A DNA stretch of 63,968 nt, filler included, from Octopus bimaculoides (Eukaryota), in assembly GCF_001194135.2 (NCBI RefSeq). It is 4 parts of 4 records of this genome, joined end to end, with 100 filler letters (N's around TTAATTAATTAA, not from the genome) between each part and the next. Parts side by side here need not be neighbours in the genome. Positions count along the whole stretch, not along the records: positions 37,386 to 61,852 come from NC_068996.1; 3 more parts are not named here. The stretch is one strand, 5' to 3'. The notes under the pieces are model-generated. The model was given only the letters and a program-made list of their open reading frames with translations. It did not search any database and was not told the origin of the DNA. Below, piece by piece: positions 38,321 through 51,211 of the stretch. The first letter of the stretch is position 1, and each line of letters starts with the position of its first letter. Both the position numbers and the translations under genes were made by a program.

Positions 38321-39235
38321 CCTGTTGATGGCAAGTACCCAAAGGGGGCTAATAATGCCGATATTGACAAGACCCTTACCTATCTATAGCTAGTGCATTC
38401 TGGCTTAAAATCAGAGACAGCAGTGTTTATCATAGCAGCCCAAGATTATTGCCTACCTACAAAGAGCTACCAGGCCAAGATATTAAAGAACGGCAGCTCC
38501 ACATTATGTCGTGTATGTAAACAACAAAATGAAATCATTGATCATGTTGTCTCCATACGCAGTCTTCTTGCGCCTACAGAGTATCTCAACAGGCATGATA
38601 AAGCTGCACAATATATTCACTGGGCAATTTGCAAAGACTTGGACCTGGCACGTGATAAAACTAGTGCTTGAAAATGACCATATCTCACTCCTCTGGAACT
38701 TTACTATTCGAACTGACTGAAATATAGATGCGAATAGGCCAGACATTATATTGAAGGACTTCAGACAAAAATCTTGCCTCCTCATTAATATGATTGTCCC
38801 AATCTATATAAACCTATCTGTCAAGACCTACCAAAAACTGAGCAAGTATAAAGATCTTGAAATAGAAATTGGCAAAATGTGGAACTTCAAGACTGAAACA
38901 ATACCTGTTGTCATCCGTGCCCAAGCAATGATAGCAAAAGGGGCTGATTTCTACCTTGCTCAGATACTAGAAAATCCCAAAAATGACAAATAAAAAAAAT
39001 AGTGCTCATGGGAAATGTCCATATCCTACGTAAAATACGGTCTATGTAATCTCAAATTTTAAAACAAACTCATAATTTTCTTATGGTTTCTTAAACCTTC
39101 TCTAGAACAATACTATGTGTAAACCAAATATATGACACCCTAAGCATAACAGTAACTTGAACTGCTAACTTGTCTCTTGAAGCCTCTAGGTGAGACTTGG
39201 AGTCAACTTGTACAAATACAAAGCAAACGTCAAAC

Positions 39236-39238
<3 letters not shown>
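38321..39238 (+). mobile_element. R4/Dong-type LINE family B, 5'-truncated, between (TAA)n tracts
   Basis: GLKSET..IIAAQD, CRVC..ETIDH-like, RHD, LWNFTIRTD, ANRPDI, KLSKYKDLEIE..KMW. Confidence 0.9.
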
Positions 39239-39308
<70 letters not shown>

Positions 39309-39321
39309 CACGATGATGATG

Positions 39322-39485
39322 ATGATGATTTCATTTATTTGCCACAAGGGTGAAGAATGAGGGATACAATACAAAGTCCGATATAAAGTGTAGGAAGTTT
39401 ACATATAATGACATGATTAAAATAGAAAAGAAAGAAAATATACACGGTATACACTGAAAAAGAAGGGTCATACAAATAGCACACA
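39322..39485 (-). mobile_element. Probable Tx1/L1-type LINE 3' UTR fragment
   Basis: T-rich minus strand ending CCCTTGTGGCAAATAAATGAAAT(CAT)n, like the Tx1 end at 45525-45545. Confidence 0.55.
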
Positions 39486-39499
39486 AAGATTTCTTTGTT

Positions 39500-42440
39500 T
39501 TAAAGAAAATGGTGATGGGGAGGATAATAAAAACAAAATTGAAAAAGAGATTGAAATAACGGGAGATGAAATATCAATATTGAATGAACTAATCTCTTGA
39601 AACGATGTAAAATCCAGAAAAGGAAGAAAGATGAAGAGAAAACATAGATTCTCACTGAGAAAATTGCTTTCAACAAAAGAAACACTAACAAAATGTCCTA
39701 ATAAAAGCTCAAAGAATACGAAGATCTGAGAAGAGAAACAAATTTTACAAACGAAATAAGCTGTTCACATTCAAAGCAAAAACATTCTATAGAGAAGTAA
39801 GGAAAGAGAAAATAACCGCTGAAGACCCCATCCCCTTCCATGGAAGAAATTGAAAACTTCTGGAAAAATATCTGGAGTAATGAAAAGACAATGAAAATGC
39901 AGACTGGATTAGATGCACAGAAGGATCCTAGCAAAACTTACCAGAACAAGTATGGGAAGACATTACAATAGCAGACCTAAGGCTCATAAGTGAAAATCTC
40001 ACGAAGGCTCATAAGTGGAAATCTTATGGTAATGATAGGGTACCAAATTTCTGGCTCGCATCGCTTCCGTGAGCACACGAAAAGTTAGTCCAGTTATTCA
40101 ATGAAATTATGAGAGATTCTACGAAAACACCTGATTGGTTAGCAAGAGGTATTACTTACCTACTCCCGAAGAATAATGAAACCAAACTCCCCCAAAGCTA
40201 TCATGTCTGTCTACTACGTATAAAATTTTAACATCCATCCTCGTGAAGAAAACACAAATTTATGGAACAGAACGATATTTTCCCCACTGAACAAAAAGGG
40301 TGTAGACGAGGCTCATATGGATGCAAAGACCAACTCTTAATCAATCGCATGTTTCTTGAGAACTGTCATAACAAACGCAGAAATCTCAGTTCTGTATGGA
40401 TTGATTATAAAAGGCCTTTGACAGTATACTGCAATCATGGATCTTGAAATCGCTGGATATCTTCAAAATTTCTCCTGTGATTTCAAACTTCCTGAAGCAC
40501 GTGTCAATGTGGAATACGGATCTCCAATTATAGCACTCTAATGTAGTACTAACCACAAAAAAATATTAATATCAAATGCGGCATTTTCTAAGGCATCTCA
40601 CTTTAACCTTTAATTATTTGCATAGCTCTAATACCTCTTACAAGTGAACTTAACAGGAGAGGGTATGGGTATAAAATTGGCGATAAGAAAATAAGTAATT
40701 TATTTTTTATGGATGGCACAAAACTCTATGGCAAAGACAGTAATGAGCTTGAAGGGCTACTACGTACTGTGAAAGCATTCAGTAATGACATCGGGATGGA
40801 ATTTGGTCTTGATAAATATGCCAAGGCCGCTTTTCAGAAAGGGAAATTGAAGACCTCACATTCAGTGGTGTTAGATGTTGACACAGTTATAAAAGAACTC
40901 GAGCAGAAACAAACTTGAAATACCTCGGAATAAATGAGGGCTCTGGCGTTCAGCATGCAAGTATGAAAGATAAGATCAGGAAGAAATGTTACAGGAGAGT
41001 TCGAGCAGTCCTAAAATACGAGTTAAATGCAAATGACAAGGATTTAGCTATAAATTCCTTAGCGGTTCCTGTTGTTATTTACAATTTCAATGTATTGAAC
41101 TCTAATATGACCAAATAAGGGAGATCACAGGAAAATCCGTAAGATGCTGACTTGCAATATGATGCACCTATCCAAAGGCAGATGCAAATCGTCCTTACCT
41201 TCCCAGAGCTCAAGGTAGAGGACGCTTGATCCAGTTTGAAATCTCTTACAAAACCACTACAGTTAGATTGGCAAAATATCGCGAAACATCTAACAATTGG
41301 GTACTAAAGCTCTTTGAAAACTACGTGACGTAAGAAGCTTCATTCTGTTATGAAGGAAAGCATAAAATTTGCTAGTAAGTTTATATGCATAATACCCAGG
41401 TTGAACAGTATGATGAAAGTGCGGTGACTGTAGTTGGAAAGAAAGTGAAATCAATAGTAAAGCAAAATGCGTTTGAACAATTGACTGAGAGGTGGGAACA
41501 AAAACCTCTGCATGGCAAATATGTACCCCGTAGCAAACAAGCTGGTGTAGACCAGAAGCACACTCGTCAGTGGCTACGGAGCTCAGAGTTAAAGGCAGAG
41601 AGTGAAGAATTTATCTTGGTAGCTCAATATCAGAGCTTATTGACCCAGAACTGTCAAGCCAATGTGATGAAAAATGGAATAGACCTAAAGTGCCGATACT
41701 CTAACGATGAAATTGAAACAGTGGACCACATAATCTCTGGGTGTAAGGTTTTAGCCCCTGTAGAGTACAAATCAAGACACGACTGAGTTGGCCAATATCT
41801 ACATTGGATAATGTGTCGGCATTACAAAATCAAAACTCCACTCTGAGTCTGTAGCTGAGGGAGAAGATGTAACGATTCTTTGGGACTTCCCAGTATGTAC
41901 AGATCGGACCATCAAGGCAAATAAACCAGATATTGTTGTGAAAGACAAAAGCAATAAAGTCTGTTTATTGATTGATATGAGCATACTCCGTGACACAAAT
42001 ATCTCGGCAAAAAATTTCGAGAAGCTCAGAAAATATAAAAATCTGCTAATCGAAAAGATGTGGCATCTCAAGACGGTTACAATACCAGTGATTGTAGGAG
42101 CACTTGGAATCTTAAAAAAAGGCACTGAAATTATGTAAGAATGATCCCTGGTTTACCATCCATGCAGGAAATGCAAAAGATTGTCTTAACTGGTAACTGG
42201 TCACACGTATTAAGAAGAGCATTGTCGCTGTGAATTTTATTTTCCTTTTAACCCTTTATTTTCTTCGCTCACATTTTTAATTAAAAAATTTTTTTTTTCT
42301 CTCTGTCGTTCTTCCTCTATTCTATATAATATGACTTTGTAAATGAGCAATCTGATGTGTTTATTTCAATGGTCTATCAGTTTATACAGTACGTTTCTCT
42401 GCCAGGGAGACATTCGGCAAGAAATGGAAACAGAATTGAA
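39500..42440 (+). mobile_element. R4/Dong-type LINE family D, near-complete RT to RLE, heavily decayed
   Basis: WKS.G.D...NFW, EQKGCRRGSYGCKDQLLIN, WIDYK, LFFMDG.KLY (YMDD decayed), YLG, KPLHGKY, ETVDHIISGC, RHD, LWDF..TD..ANKPD, KYK.L.IEKMW. Confidence 0.92.
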
Positions 42441-42448
42441 AGATGATA

Positions 42449-42501
<53 letters not shown>

Positions 42502-42519
42502 AATAATACTCTTTGGTCG

Positions 42520-42654
42520 TTTACTTTTTAACTTGTTTCTGTCATTTGAATGCGGCCATGCTGGAGCACAGCCTTTAGTCGAGCAAATGGACCCTAGGAC
42601 TTATTCTTTGTAAGCCTGGTACTTATTCTATCGGGCTCTTTTACCGAACCGCTA

Positions 42655-42657
<3 letters not shown>
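42520..42657 (-). mobile_element. SINE family 2, 3' fragment
   Basis: GCGGCCATGCTGGAGCAC...GGACTTATTCTTTGTAAGCCTGGTACTTATTC...CCGAACCGCTAAGTT. Confidence 0.85.
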
Positions 42658-42721
<64 letters not shown>

Positions 42722-42723
<2 letters not shown>

Positions 42724-43782
42724 CCATGATAAAACGATGGCAAGGAAAGCCCCTACATGGTAAATACTGGGCTAAACTAAACGCAAAAGAAATAGACAGA
42801 GAAAAATCCCAGCAATGGTTGAGAAGCTCAGGACTCAAAGCAGAGACTGAAGGATTTTTAATTGCTGCACAAGACCAAAGCCTCCCCACCAGAAATTACC
42901 AAAAACATATAATGAAAAGAAACATAANNNNNNNNNNNNNNNNNNNNNNNNNNNNNNNNNNNNNNNNNNNNNNNNNNNNNNNNNNNNNNNNNNNNNNNNN
43001 NNNNNNNNNNNNNNNNNNNNNNNNNNNNNNNNNNNNNNNNNNNNNNNNNNNNNNNNNNNNNNNNNNNNNNNNNNNNNNNNNNNNNNNNNNNNNNNNNNNN
43101 NNNNNNNNNNNNNNNNNNNNNNNNNNNNNNNNNNNNNNNNNNNNNNNNNNNNNNNNNNNNNNNNNNNNNNNNNNNNNNNNNNNNNNNNNNNNNNNNNNNN
43201 NNNNNNNNNNNNNNNNNNNNNNNNNNNNNNNNNNNNNNNNNNNNNNNNNNNNNNNNNNNNNNNNNNNNNNNNNNNNNNNNNNNNNNNNNNNNNNNNNNNN
43301 NNNNNNNNNNNNNNNNNNNNNNNNNNNNNNNNNNNNNNNNNNNNNNNNNNNNNNNNNNNNNNNNNNNNNNNNNNNNNNNNNNNNNNNNNNNNNNNNNNNN
43401 NNNNNNNNNNNNNNNNNNNNNNNNNNATACCAGTAGATGACGACGTTTCCCTAAAAGAAATGGAAAAACTTTCAAAATACAAAGACCTGGAAATAGAGGT
43501 AACTCGAATGTGGAATCTAAAAACAGAAACAATTCGTATCATAGTAGGTGCCTTAGATATAATAAAAAAATATTCAGACAAATACATAACAAAAACACCA
43601 GGACTTACAAATATATATAACATACAGAAAATTGCACTACTGGGTACTGCACACATTCTACGCAAAACACTTTCAATACAGTAACCATAGGAGCATCACA
43701 GCAAACCACAGCACATACCCAAGGCACACAGAGCTGCGCTCGGTAGTGAAGTGAAAGCACGTTATAAAAATAAAACTACTGA
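42722..43782 (+). mobile_element. R4/Dong-type LINE family A, 5'-truncated, (TAA)n on both sides, internal gap
   Basis: KRWQGKPLHGKYW...WLRSSGLKAETEGFLIAAQDQSLPTRNY; same 3' end as 37386-37690. Confidence 0.92.
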
Positions 43783-43809
43783 ACAATAATAATAATAATG
43801 ATAATTAAT

Positions 43810-44418
43810 GGTCAGGTGGAAGTGAGGAATGAGTACATCGCATTCGTCTTATACTACCACCCTTACCCTGCTTCATGGCTGAACGGGCTCGTGTGTTTGT
43901 TCTTCCGCTTCTTGTGGAAGGGTCAGGTACAGCTTGCCAGACGGTCCATATGCTGCCAACACCCGCTGCATGGATGATTGGGCATGCTGTGGCTGATGAT
44001 GTTCAGACATGCGCTGAAGCTGTGACACCTGCAACGATATCTTAACAGTGAGTCGATGTGGTCACCGTTTGTTGAACGCGCTTTTCCGCAGCTAGTTTCC
44101 TTGACAGAGCAGTAGTCTTGGATCAGGCGTAGATCGAAGCAGGGCACTTGGCATCTTGATTGTTTCCAAGCGCTCACAGCCCTCGGCCAGTTGAGCAATG
44201 CAGTCGGTGGAAGTTCCACCTTGGAGTTCTATAGGGAATTAGTGGAGGGCAAGAGCGACAGCGTACTTGGAGAGGTCCTGGGTATTTTGGTGGATCAACT
44301 GATTGGTCTCTTCCGGAGGACTTTCGGGCCGGAAACTATGGATAACTTCCAGAAATCCCTGGCCTGATAGTGCTATCGGAGGGCACTGCTTGCTCGAGAT
44401 AAGCTCTACAGGCACGTG
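43810..44418 (+). mobile_element. Tx1/L1-clade LINE, post-RT ORF2 fragment (decayed)
   Basis: Hand translation FRFLWKGQVQLARRSICCQHPLHG*LGM...DNFQKSLA**CYRRALLARDKLYRH; higher GC than flanks. Confidence 0.7.
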
Positions 44419-45005
44419 TAAAATCAGAACCGTTGACAAATGGTATAAACACCATCCTGAAGCTGTGACTGAGGGAGAAAATGTGTCGATTCTCTGGGAC
44501 TTCCCCGTATATACTGACAAAACTATAAAAGCTAATAAACCGGATGTTATTATAAAAGATCAGGCAAAGAAAATGTGTTTATTAATTGACATTAGTATTC
44601 CTTGCGGTCACAATATAGCAGCGAAAGAATTTGACACGATCAGTAAATATAAAGACTTGCTAATAGAAATTGAAAAAATGTGGCATCTCAAGGCGACTAC
44701 CATACCAGTGATTGTAGGATCTCTAGGAATAATAAAAAAAGGTATTGAATCCTATTTGAAAATGATACCAGGTGACCATCCCTACAGGAAGTGTAAAAAA
44801 TCGTGTTAACTGGAACCATTCATGTACTGAGAAGAGCATTATCGATGCGAAAACAACATCCATTCATGAATTTATTAATTATTCTTTTACATACATATTT
44901 CACCTGTGAATTTGCGTGTGTAAACTGGGAATGCATACAATGAGTTCTGTGCCCTAGGTGTACGGAAAACACTCGGCGAGAAATGGAAGAAAATTTGAAG
45001 AAAGA
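44419..45005 (+). mobile_element. R4/Dong-type LINE (family D-like) 3' fragment interrupting the Tx1 copy
   Basis: KWYKHHPE, ILWDFPVYTDKTIKANKPD, LIDISIP, KYKDLLIEIEKMW; (AAC)(AAT)n tail. Confidence 0.9.
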
Positions 45006-45026
45006 AGTAAAAAAAACAACAACAAC

Positions 45027-45133
<107 letters not shown>

Positions 45134-45166
45134 TAGAATAACAACAATAACATCGNNNNNNNNNNN

Positions 45167-45542
45167 CAGGTTTCACCTGAAAAGGAAAGTGAGGCTGGAG
45201 GGGGAGGTACTGTCAACTAATAAGTTCGTTTAAAGGTAGGTGAATGTGGAAAGAATGGCCCGCGTGAATGGGCCCACTCTAAGTGTGCGCTTGTAGGCCG
45301 GAAGGAAAGGAGAAGAAAGGGTGCCTTCCTGAGGAGCTGTTAGTGTTAGAGGTCCGAAGTGCGTGAGGTCTCTTTGGTCACCTTACGGTGGAACTCCCCC
45401 CTATTGGGGAAGCTTATTGTTAATTTAATTTCTTTGTTAATTGTTGTGTTTGTTGGCTGTTTACACGTTTAACTTCACTGTCCCTCGTCTCGTCTGTGTA
45501 TCGTCTTCTAAGCTTTCTGTTCATCCCTGTGGCCTATAAAGA

Positions 45543-45545
<3 letters not shown>
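45167..45545 (+). mobile_element. Tx1/L1-clade LINE ORF2 end and 3' UTR with (TAA)n tail
   Basis: RFHLKRKVRLEGEVLSTNKFV*R*VNVERMARVNG; T-rich UTR ending CCCTGTGGCCTATAAAGAAATAATAAT. Confidence 0.65.
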
Positions 45546-45589
<44 letters not shown>

Positions 45590-45592
<3 letters not shown>

Positions 45593-45760
45593 TAATACTA
45601 TAGGCACAAGACCTGAAATTTTGGGGAAGGGGACCAGTCGATTACACCAACCCCAGTGTTTCACTGGTATTTAAATTGTCGACCTCGGCGGAATTTGAAC
45701 TCAGAACGCGAAGACGGGGGAAATACTGCCAAGCATTTTGTCCAGCGTGCTAACGATTCT
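45590..45760 (-). mobile_element. SINE family 1 (tail X)
   Basis: CTATAGGCACAAGACCTGAAATT...GTCGACCTCGGCGGAATTTGAACTCAGAACG. Confidence 0.85.
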
Positions 45761-45762
45761 GA

Positions 45763-45802
<40 letters not shown>

Positions 45803-46075
45803 TTGAAACCGATGATGAGGATAATGATGATAATGATGAGGACGATGAAGATGCTGTTGCTACTGCTGCTGCTGCTGCTGATGATGATAATGACGATGAT
45901 GATGAAGAAATAGGAGGAGGAGGAGGAGAAGAAGAAGAAGAAGAAGAAGAAGAAGAAGAAGAAGAAGAAGAAGGAGAAGAAGAAGAAGAAGAAGAAGATG
46001 ATGATGATGATGATGATGATGATGATAATGATGATGATGATGATGATGATAATGATGGAGGTGGTGGTGGTGGCA
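45760..46075. repeat. Compound trinucleotide array AAT-GAT-GCT-GAG-GAA-GAT-GGT
   Basis: Read directly. Confidence 0.95.
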
Positions 46076-47001
46076 GTCACTGCCGTCGATTTCGACGTAT
46101 AAGTGTTTAAAAGAGAAAAGTTAAAAGAGTAAAAAAAAGAAAAAAAGTTATTTGAAAAATATATTTCGCTGGCGGTAANNNNNNNNNNNNNNNNNNNNNN
46201 NNNNNNNNNNNNNNNNNNNNNNNNNNNNNNNNNNNNNNNNNNNNNNNNNNNNNNNNNNNNNNNNNNNNNNNNNNNNNNNNNNNNNNNNNNNNNNNNNNNN
46301 NNNNNNNNNNNNNNNNNNNNNNNNNNNNNNNNNNNNNNNNNNNNNNNNNNNNNNNNNNNNNNNNNNNNNNNNNNNNNNNNNNNNNNNNNNNNNNNNNNNN
46401 NNNNNNNNNNNNNNNNNNNNNNNNNNNNNNNNNNNNNNNNNNNNNNNNNNNNNNNNNNNNNNNNNNNNNNNNNNNNNNNNNNNNNNNNNNNNNNNNNNNN
46501 NNNNNNNNNNNNNNNNNNNNNNNNNNNNNNNNNNNNNNNNNNNNNNNNNNNNNNNNNNNNNNNNNNNNNNNNNNNNNNNNNNNNNNNNNNNNNNNNNNNN
46601 NNNNNNNNNNNNNNNNNNNNNNNNNNNNNNNNNNNNNNNNNNNNNNNNNNNNNNNNNNNNNNNNNNNNNNNNNNNNNNNNNNNNNNNNNNNNNNNNNNNN
46701 NNNNNNNNNNNNNNNNNNNNNNNNNNNNNNNNNNNNNNNNNNNNNNNNNNNNNNNNNNNNNNNNNNNNNNNNNNNNNNNNNNNNNNNNNNNNNNNNNNNN
46801 NNNNNNNNNNNNNNNNNNNNNNNNNNNNNNNNNNNNNNNNNNNNNNNNNNNNNNNNNNNNNNNNNNNNNNNNNNNNNNNNNNNNNNNNNNNNNNNNNNNN
46901 NNNNNNNNNNNNNNNNNNNNNNNNNNNCAGACATTAACATGCATCAACATTCCATGTACTATATCCTATCTTCACACAACAACAATAACAAGAACAGCAA
47001 A

Positions 47002-47004
47002 TAA

Positions 47005-47078
<74 letters not shown>

Positions 47079-47115
47079 ATAATAATAATAATAATAATAA
47101 TAAGAATAATAATAA

Positions 47116-47200
<85 letters not shown>
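47002..47200. repeat. (TAG)n(TAA)n array
   Basis: Read directly. Confidence 0.95.
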
Positions 47201-47201
<1 letters not shown>

Positions 47202-47951
47202 GTAATGATATTCATAAAACAGCAACAACAATAAACTGGTAATAAATAATTAGAATAATTGTGGTAGGGGCGACGTTTATGGAAAATAACAACAGGGATA
47301 TTGTCAGTTCTAAAGGGCTTCGAAGACATCAAAGGAAGCGATGACACCAAAAGCACTGCAGGCTACAACGATAAACAGAGATGATAACATCAACATTTTT
47401 GTAGGACAAGCGGAAGGAGGTGGCTGGGGTCATTTAGAGTATTGTAGGGTGGGAAATCAGGAGCAAATAGCTTGGCCTTGTCACGTGGAAATGTGTGCAC
47501 TTTAGATCCGTTAAAAGAGAAGGGGCTATGATAATTTGTTTTTAATAAGAACGCTATTTACTCCCTCCTGAAAAAGATCTCTCCTGGGATCAAACCATTA
47601 TCGAAGCTGTAGATTTAGAGACAGATAGTAGGTTTTTCACTGGTTTGATGGATATAATATTATTTCTTTCTCTTTCTCTCTCTCTCGCTCTCTCTCTTTC
47701 TAATTTTTGTCTTCACTTCCTCTTTAAAAGAGAGTAGAGGAAAGAGGCGGGGAACTTCCAGACATCAGGTTAAGACACTTAATTAAACAGGAGAATGCCA
47801 AGGCGCTGAAGAGTTTGCAAGTAAACCCAACAGAAGAACACAAGAGCAATTGAATTATTTTGTTTGTTTTTGTCTCCTGAACGTCTTTTGTCTTTAGTTT
47901 TGCTAGGTCTTTCTGTTAATGGAGTTGTAGATTCCAACGAAAGTTATCTGA

Positions 47952-48011
<60 letters not shown>

Positions 48012-48802
48012 NNNNNNNNNNNNNNNNNNNNNNNNNNNNNNNNNNNNNNNNNNNNNNNNNNNNNNNNNNNNNNNNNNNNNNNNNNNNNNNNNNNNNNNNN
48101 NNNNNNNNNNNNNNNNNNNNNNNNNNNNNNNNNNNNNNNNNNNNNNNNNNNNNNNNNNNNNNNNNNNNNNNNNNNNNNNNNNNNNNNNNNNNNNNNNNNN
48201 NNNNNNNNNNNNNNNNNNNNNNNNNNNNNNNNNNNNNNNNNNNNNNNNNNNNNNNNNNNNNNNNNNNNNNNNNNNNNNNNNNNNNNNNNNNNNNNNNNNN
48301 NNNNNNNNNNNNNNNNNNNNNNNNNNNNNNNNNNNNNNNNNNNNNNNNNNNNNNNNNNNNNNNNNNNNNNNNNNNNNNNNNNNNNNNNNNNNNNNNNNNN
48401 NNNNNNNNNNNNNNNNNNNNNNNNNNNNNNNNNNNNNNNNNNNNNNNNNNNNNNNNNNNNNNNNNNNNNNNNNNNNNNNNNNNNNNNNNNNNNNNNNNNN
48501 NNNNNNNNNNNNNNNNNNNNNNNNNNNNNNNNNNNNNACATGCGTATTCATGTTATTGCTTCCTTTTACTTGTATTAGTTTTTCTGTTTCTCTCTCTCTC
48601 TCTCATGATTTTATGGAAGGAGTAGCAGTTGAAAAAGATGGACAATAGTAAAGAAAGCGGTTTAATCGCGGCTGACTGGTTTAATTGTGGCTGTTGTAGT
48701 TTGTTTATTCCTTCATTAATTTTGTTAGCGCTCATATATCATCGCTTCAGTTTGCTCCGCCCCATTACTCATTGCTCGTGTGCCTTGATATATATATATA
48801 TA

Positions 48803-48855
<53 letters not shown>

Positions 48856-49621
48856 GTAGAGAAGAGAGAAGGAGAGAGAATGATGCATATGATGCAATGA
48901 ATACTTATTATCTGGTAGTAGACGTAGATGAGAAAAATGATAATAATAAAATTATCTCGGTTATCTCAGTCCATTAAAAGAAAAGCATCACTGTTGAAGC
49001 ATATGCCCAGGCAAAATTTGGGTTCAAAGGGGATATTATGACATTGTAGTCGTCGTTGTCATCGTCGTCGTCGTCGTCGTTCTAGTTAATGTTACTGGTG
49101 GTGCTGTTTGTGTTGTTCGTAATTTTTTTCCCAACAACAAAATCGACCATCTTTTGGCATCTCAGAATTCAAAAGTTGGATGAAATGGAAAAAAAAAAAA
49201 GTATCACAAAAACTGATAAAAATAACAAATATTTTACAGCTGCAAAATTAATTGTTTTATTTTAAATACCATTCGAAATGGAAACTGATTTAACGGAAAA
49301 TGAAACCAGTCGGTAAAATAAGAATGGTTTAAAATTTGACACGAGTTCAGCAGAAAGTTAAATTGATTACAACCATCTCACTACTTGGCTGAACGGCGAA
49401 AATTGACCACGGAGTGATTTGAGCGCAGAATGTAAAGAACCGAATCAACAGGCTCTCAGTGTTTTCCTGTCGTGCTAAAAATTCTGCTGGCTCGCCGCCT
49501 TAATCTGTTAGATAAAAATAAGAATAAAAAAGCGTTGGTTTGTTTATACGACTCGTTAGTCAATAGAAATCGAGAGAAATCGCATAATAAGATATCTTTA
49601 TTAATATTTTCACCTACAGAA

Positions 49622-50055
49622 GGCAGCGAGTTGGCAGAAACGTTAGCACGCCGGACGAAATGCTTATTGGTATTTCGTCTGACATTACGTTCTGAGTTCA
49701 AATTCCACCGAGGTCGACTTTGCCTTTCATCCTTTGGGGGTCGATTAAATAAGTATCAGTTACGCACTGGGGTCGATGTAATCGACTTAATCCTTTTGTC
49801 TGCCCTTGTAATCCGTTTGTCTGTCCTTGTAATCCGTTTGTCTGTGTGTAGCCCCTTGTGGGCAGTAAAGAAATAATAAACGTTAGCAGGCTGGGCGAAA
49901 TGCTTAGCGGCATTTCGTGTCTTTACGTTCTGAGTTCAAATTCCGCCGAGGTCGACTTTGCCTTTCATCCTTTCAGTATCGATAAATTAAGTACCAGTTG
50001 CGTACTGGGTCGATACCAAAATTTTGGGCCTTGTGCTTAGAGAAGAAAAGAATAT
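49622..50055 (+). mobile_element. Two tandem SINE family 1 copies: tail Y, then tail X
   Basis: First ends GCCCCTTGTGGGCAGTAAAGAAATAATAA; second ends GGGCCTTGTGCTTAGAGAAGAAAAGAATATT. Confidence 0.9.
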
Positions 50056-50629
50056 TTTCGTCTACTGTATTGTTTGTGGGCAACAGTTTTATACGATGAT
50101 CAGCAAATATCTTGTAAATAAAAACTGTTAGATAGACGCTGTAGAATTACCGTGTCAAAAAATTCTGTTCTGAAATTCGTATTGAGTTCATTTTAGTGCC
50201 CCATATCAACTTAAGGTACTTTTCTATATGCTGTTCTGTCAATTGCTCTATTTCCCGTATTTTTATTCCTAAGCCTTTGCAAAAGAGTTTTTCTTTTATT
50301 TGGTTTCATGCCAAAGGTAGTGATACGTTTCGGCCAGATCTGAAAAGGTTTTAAGCATTCTCCCCACTTTTCTTTTTAAATATTGGGTGGGTAAAAACAA
50401 AAAATTCTTCTTTCTAACTTACACCGTTAGCCAACCCACTAAGATTGGATTTATTAATCGTAGTCCCTTGATTATTTATTGTGTTATTGATTATTTATTG
50501 TGTTAATAGTATAGCTGATCTGTCATGGAGTGAATTATTTTGTTAGTTGTTTTGTGTTTCAATATTTGCTTGTCTATGTATGCTGCTGATTTGCCGTGCT
50601 GTACTATTTATTTCTGGTTTGATAAAGAA

Positions 50630-51200
50630 ATCACATCCTGAGTGAGAGAGCAGTGCATGCCATCAAGGTGACCCTGGGGTAAAATATATGAAGCCCAAAA
50701 TACCCGTCATGACTACCCGTCTGATAAGGGTACACCAGGCACATTCGTCCCAACCATATTTGCGCGACATGGTAATCTCATATCAAGATAAACTGCGCAT
50801 AACCTTGCAGTTGGGGCCCAGTTAGAATTTTCTTCAGGTCGAGTAGCCCAGCCCGCTCAAAAGGTCCCTGAATAAGGTTTGTTTAAGGATGTTGAACAAA
50901 ACACCCATGTTTCCAAAGGTGAATTATTCAAAGCCCAAAGAATTCCTCTCAACATATGGCTATGATGTTCCTCTACTACTCCTGCTTGTGATCAGAGATG
51001 CACATATCGTCAGCCACTAAGGGACATGCTCAACTGGTTATGGTGAAGCAAATGACAAGCAAATCTGTGGTATTGAACAAAATATTTACTGTAGCCCATC
51101 TTTTATACCAAGACAAAACAATGTACATGATAACACTTTCAATCAGTTAAGACCAGAAACCATGAAAGCCAGTGCCTGGTACTGCATCAAGGCATTTAAC
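50630..51200. repeat. Probable interspersed repeat of unknown class
   Basis: Higher-GC block without an ORF; resembles a repeat I recall from octopus sequence; single copy here, so unverified. Confidence 0.3.
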
Positions 51201-51211
51201 ATTTTTATTAT

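Noticed and set aside
50318-50375. Minus-strand GGCCGAAACGTATCACT, hammerhead 3' half
   Set aside because: No recognisable CUGANGA or helix II partner; may be chance
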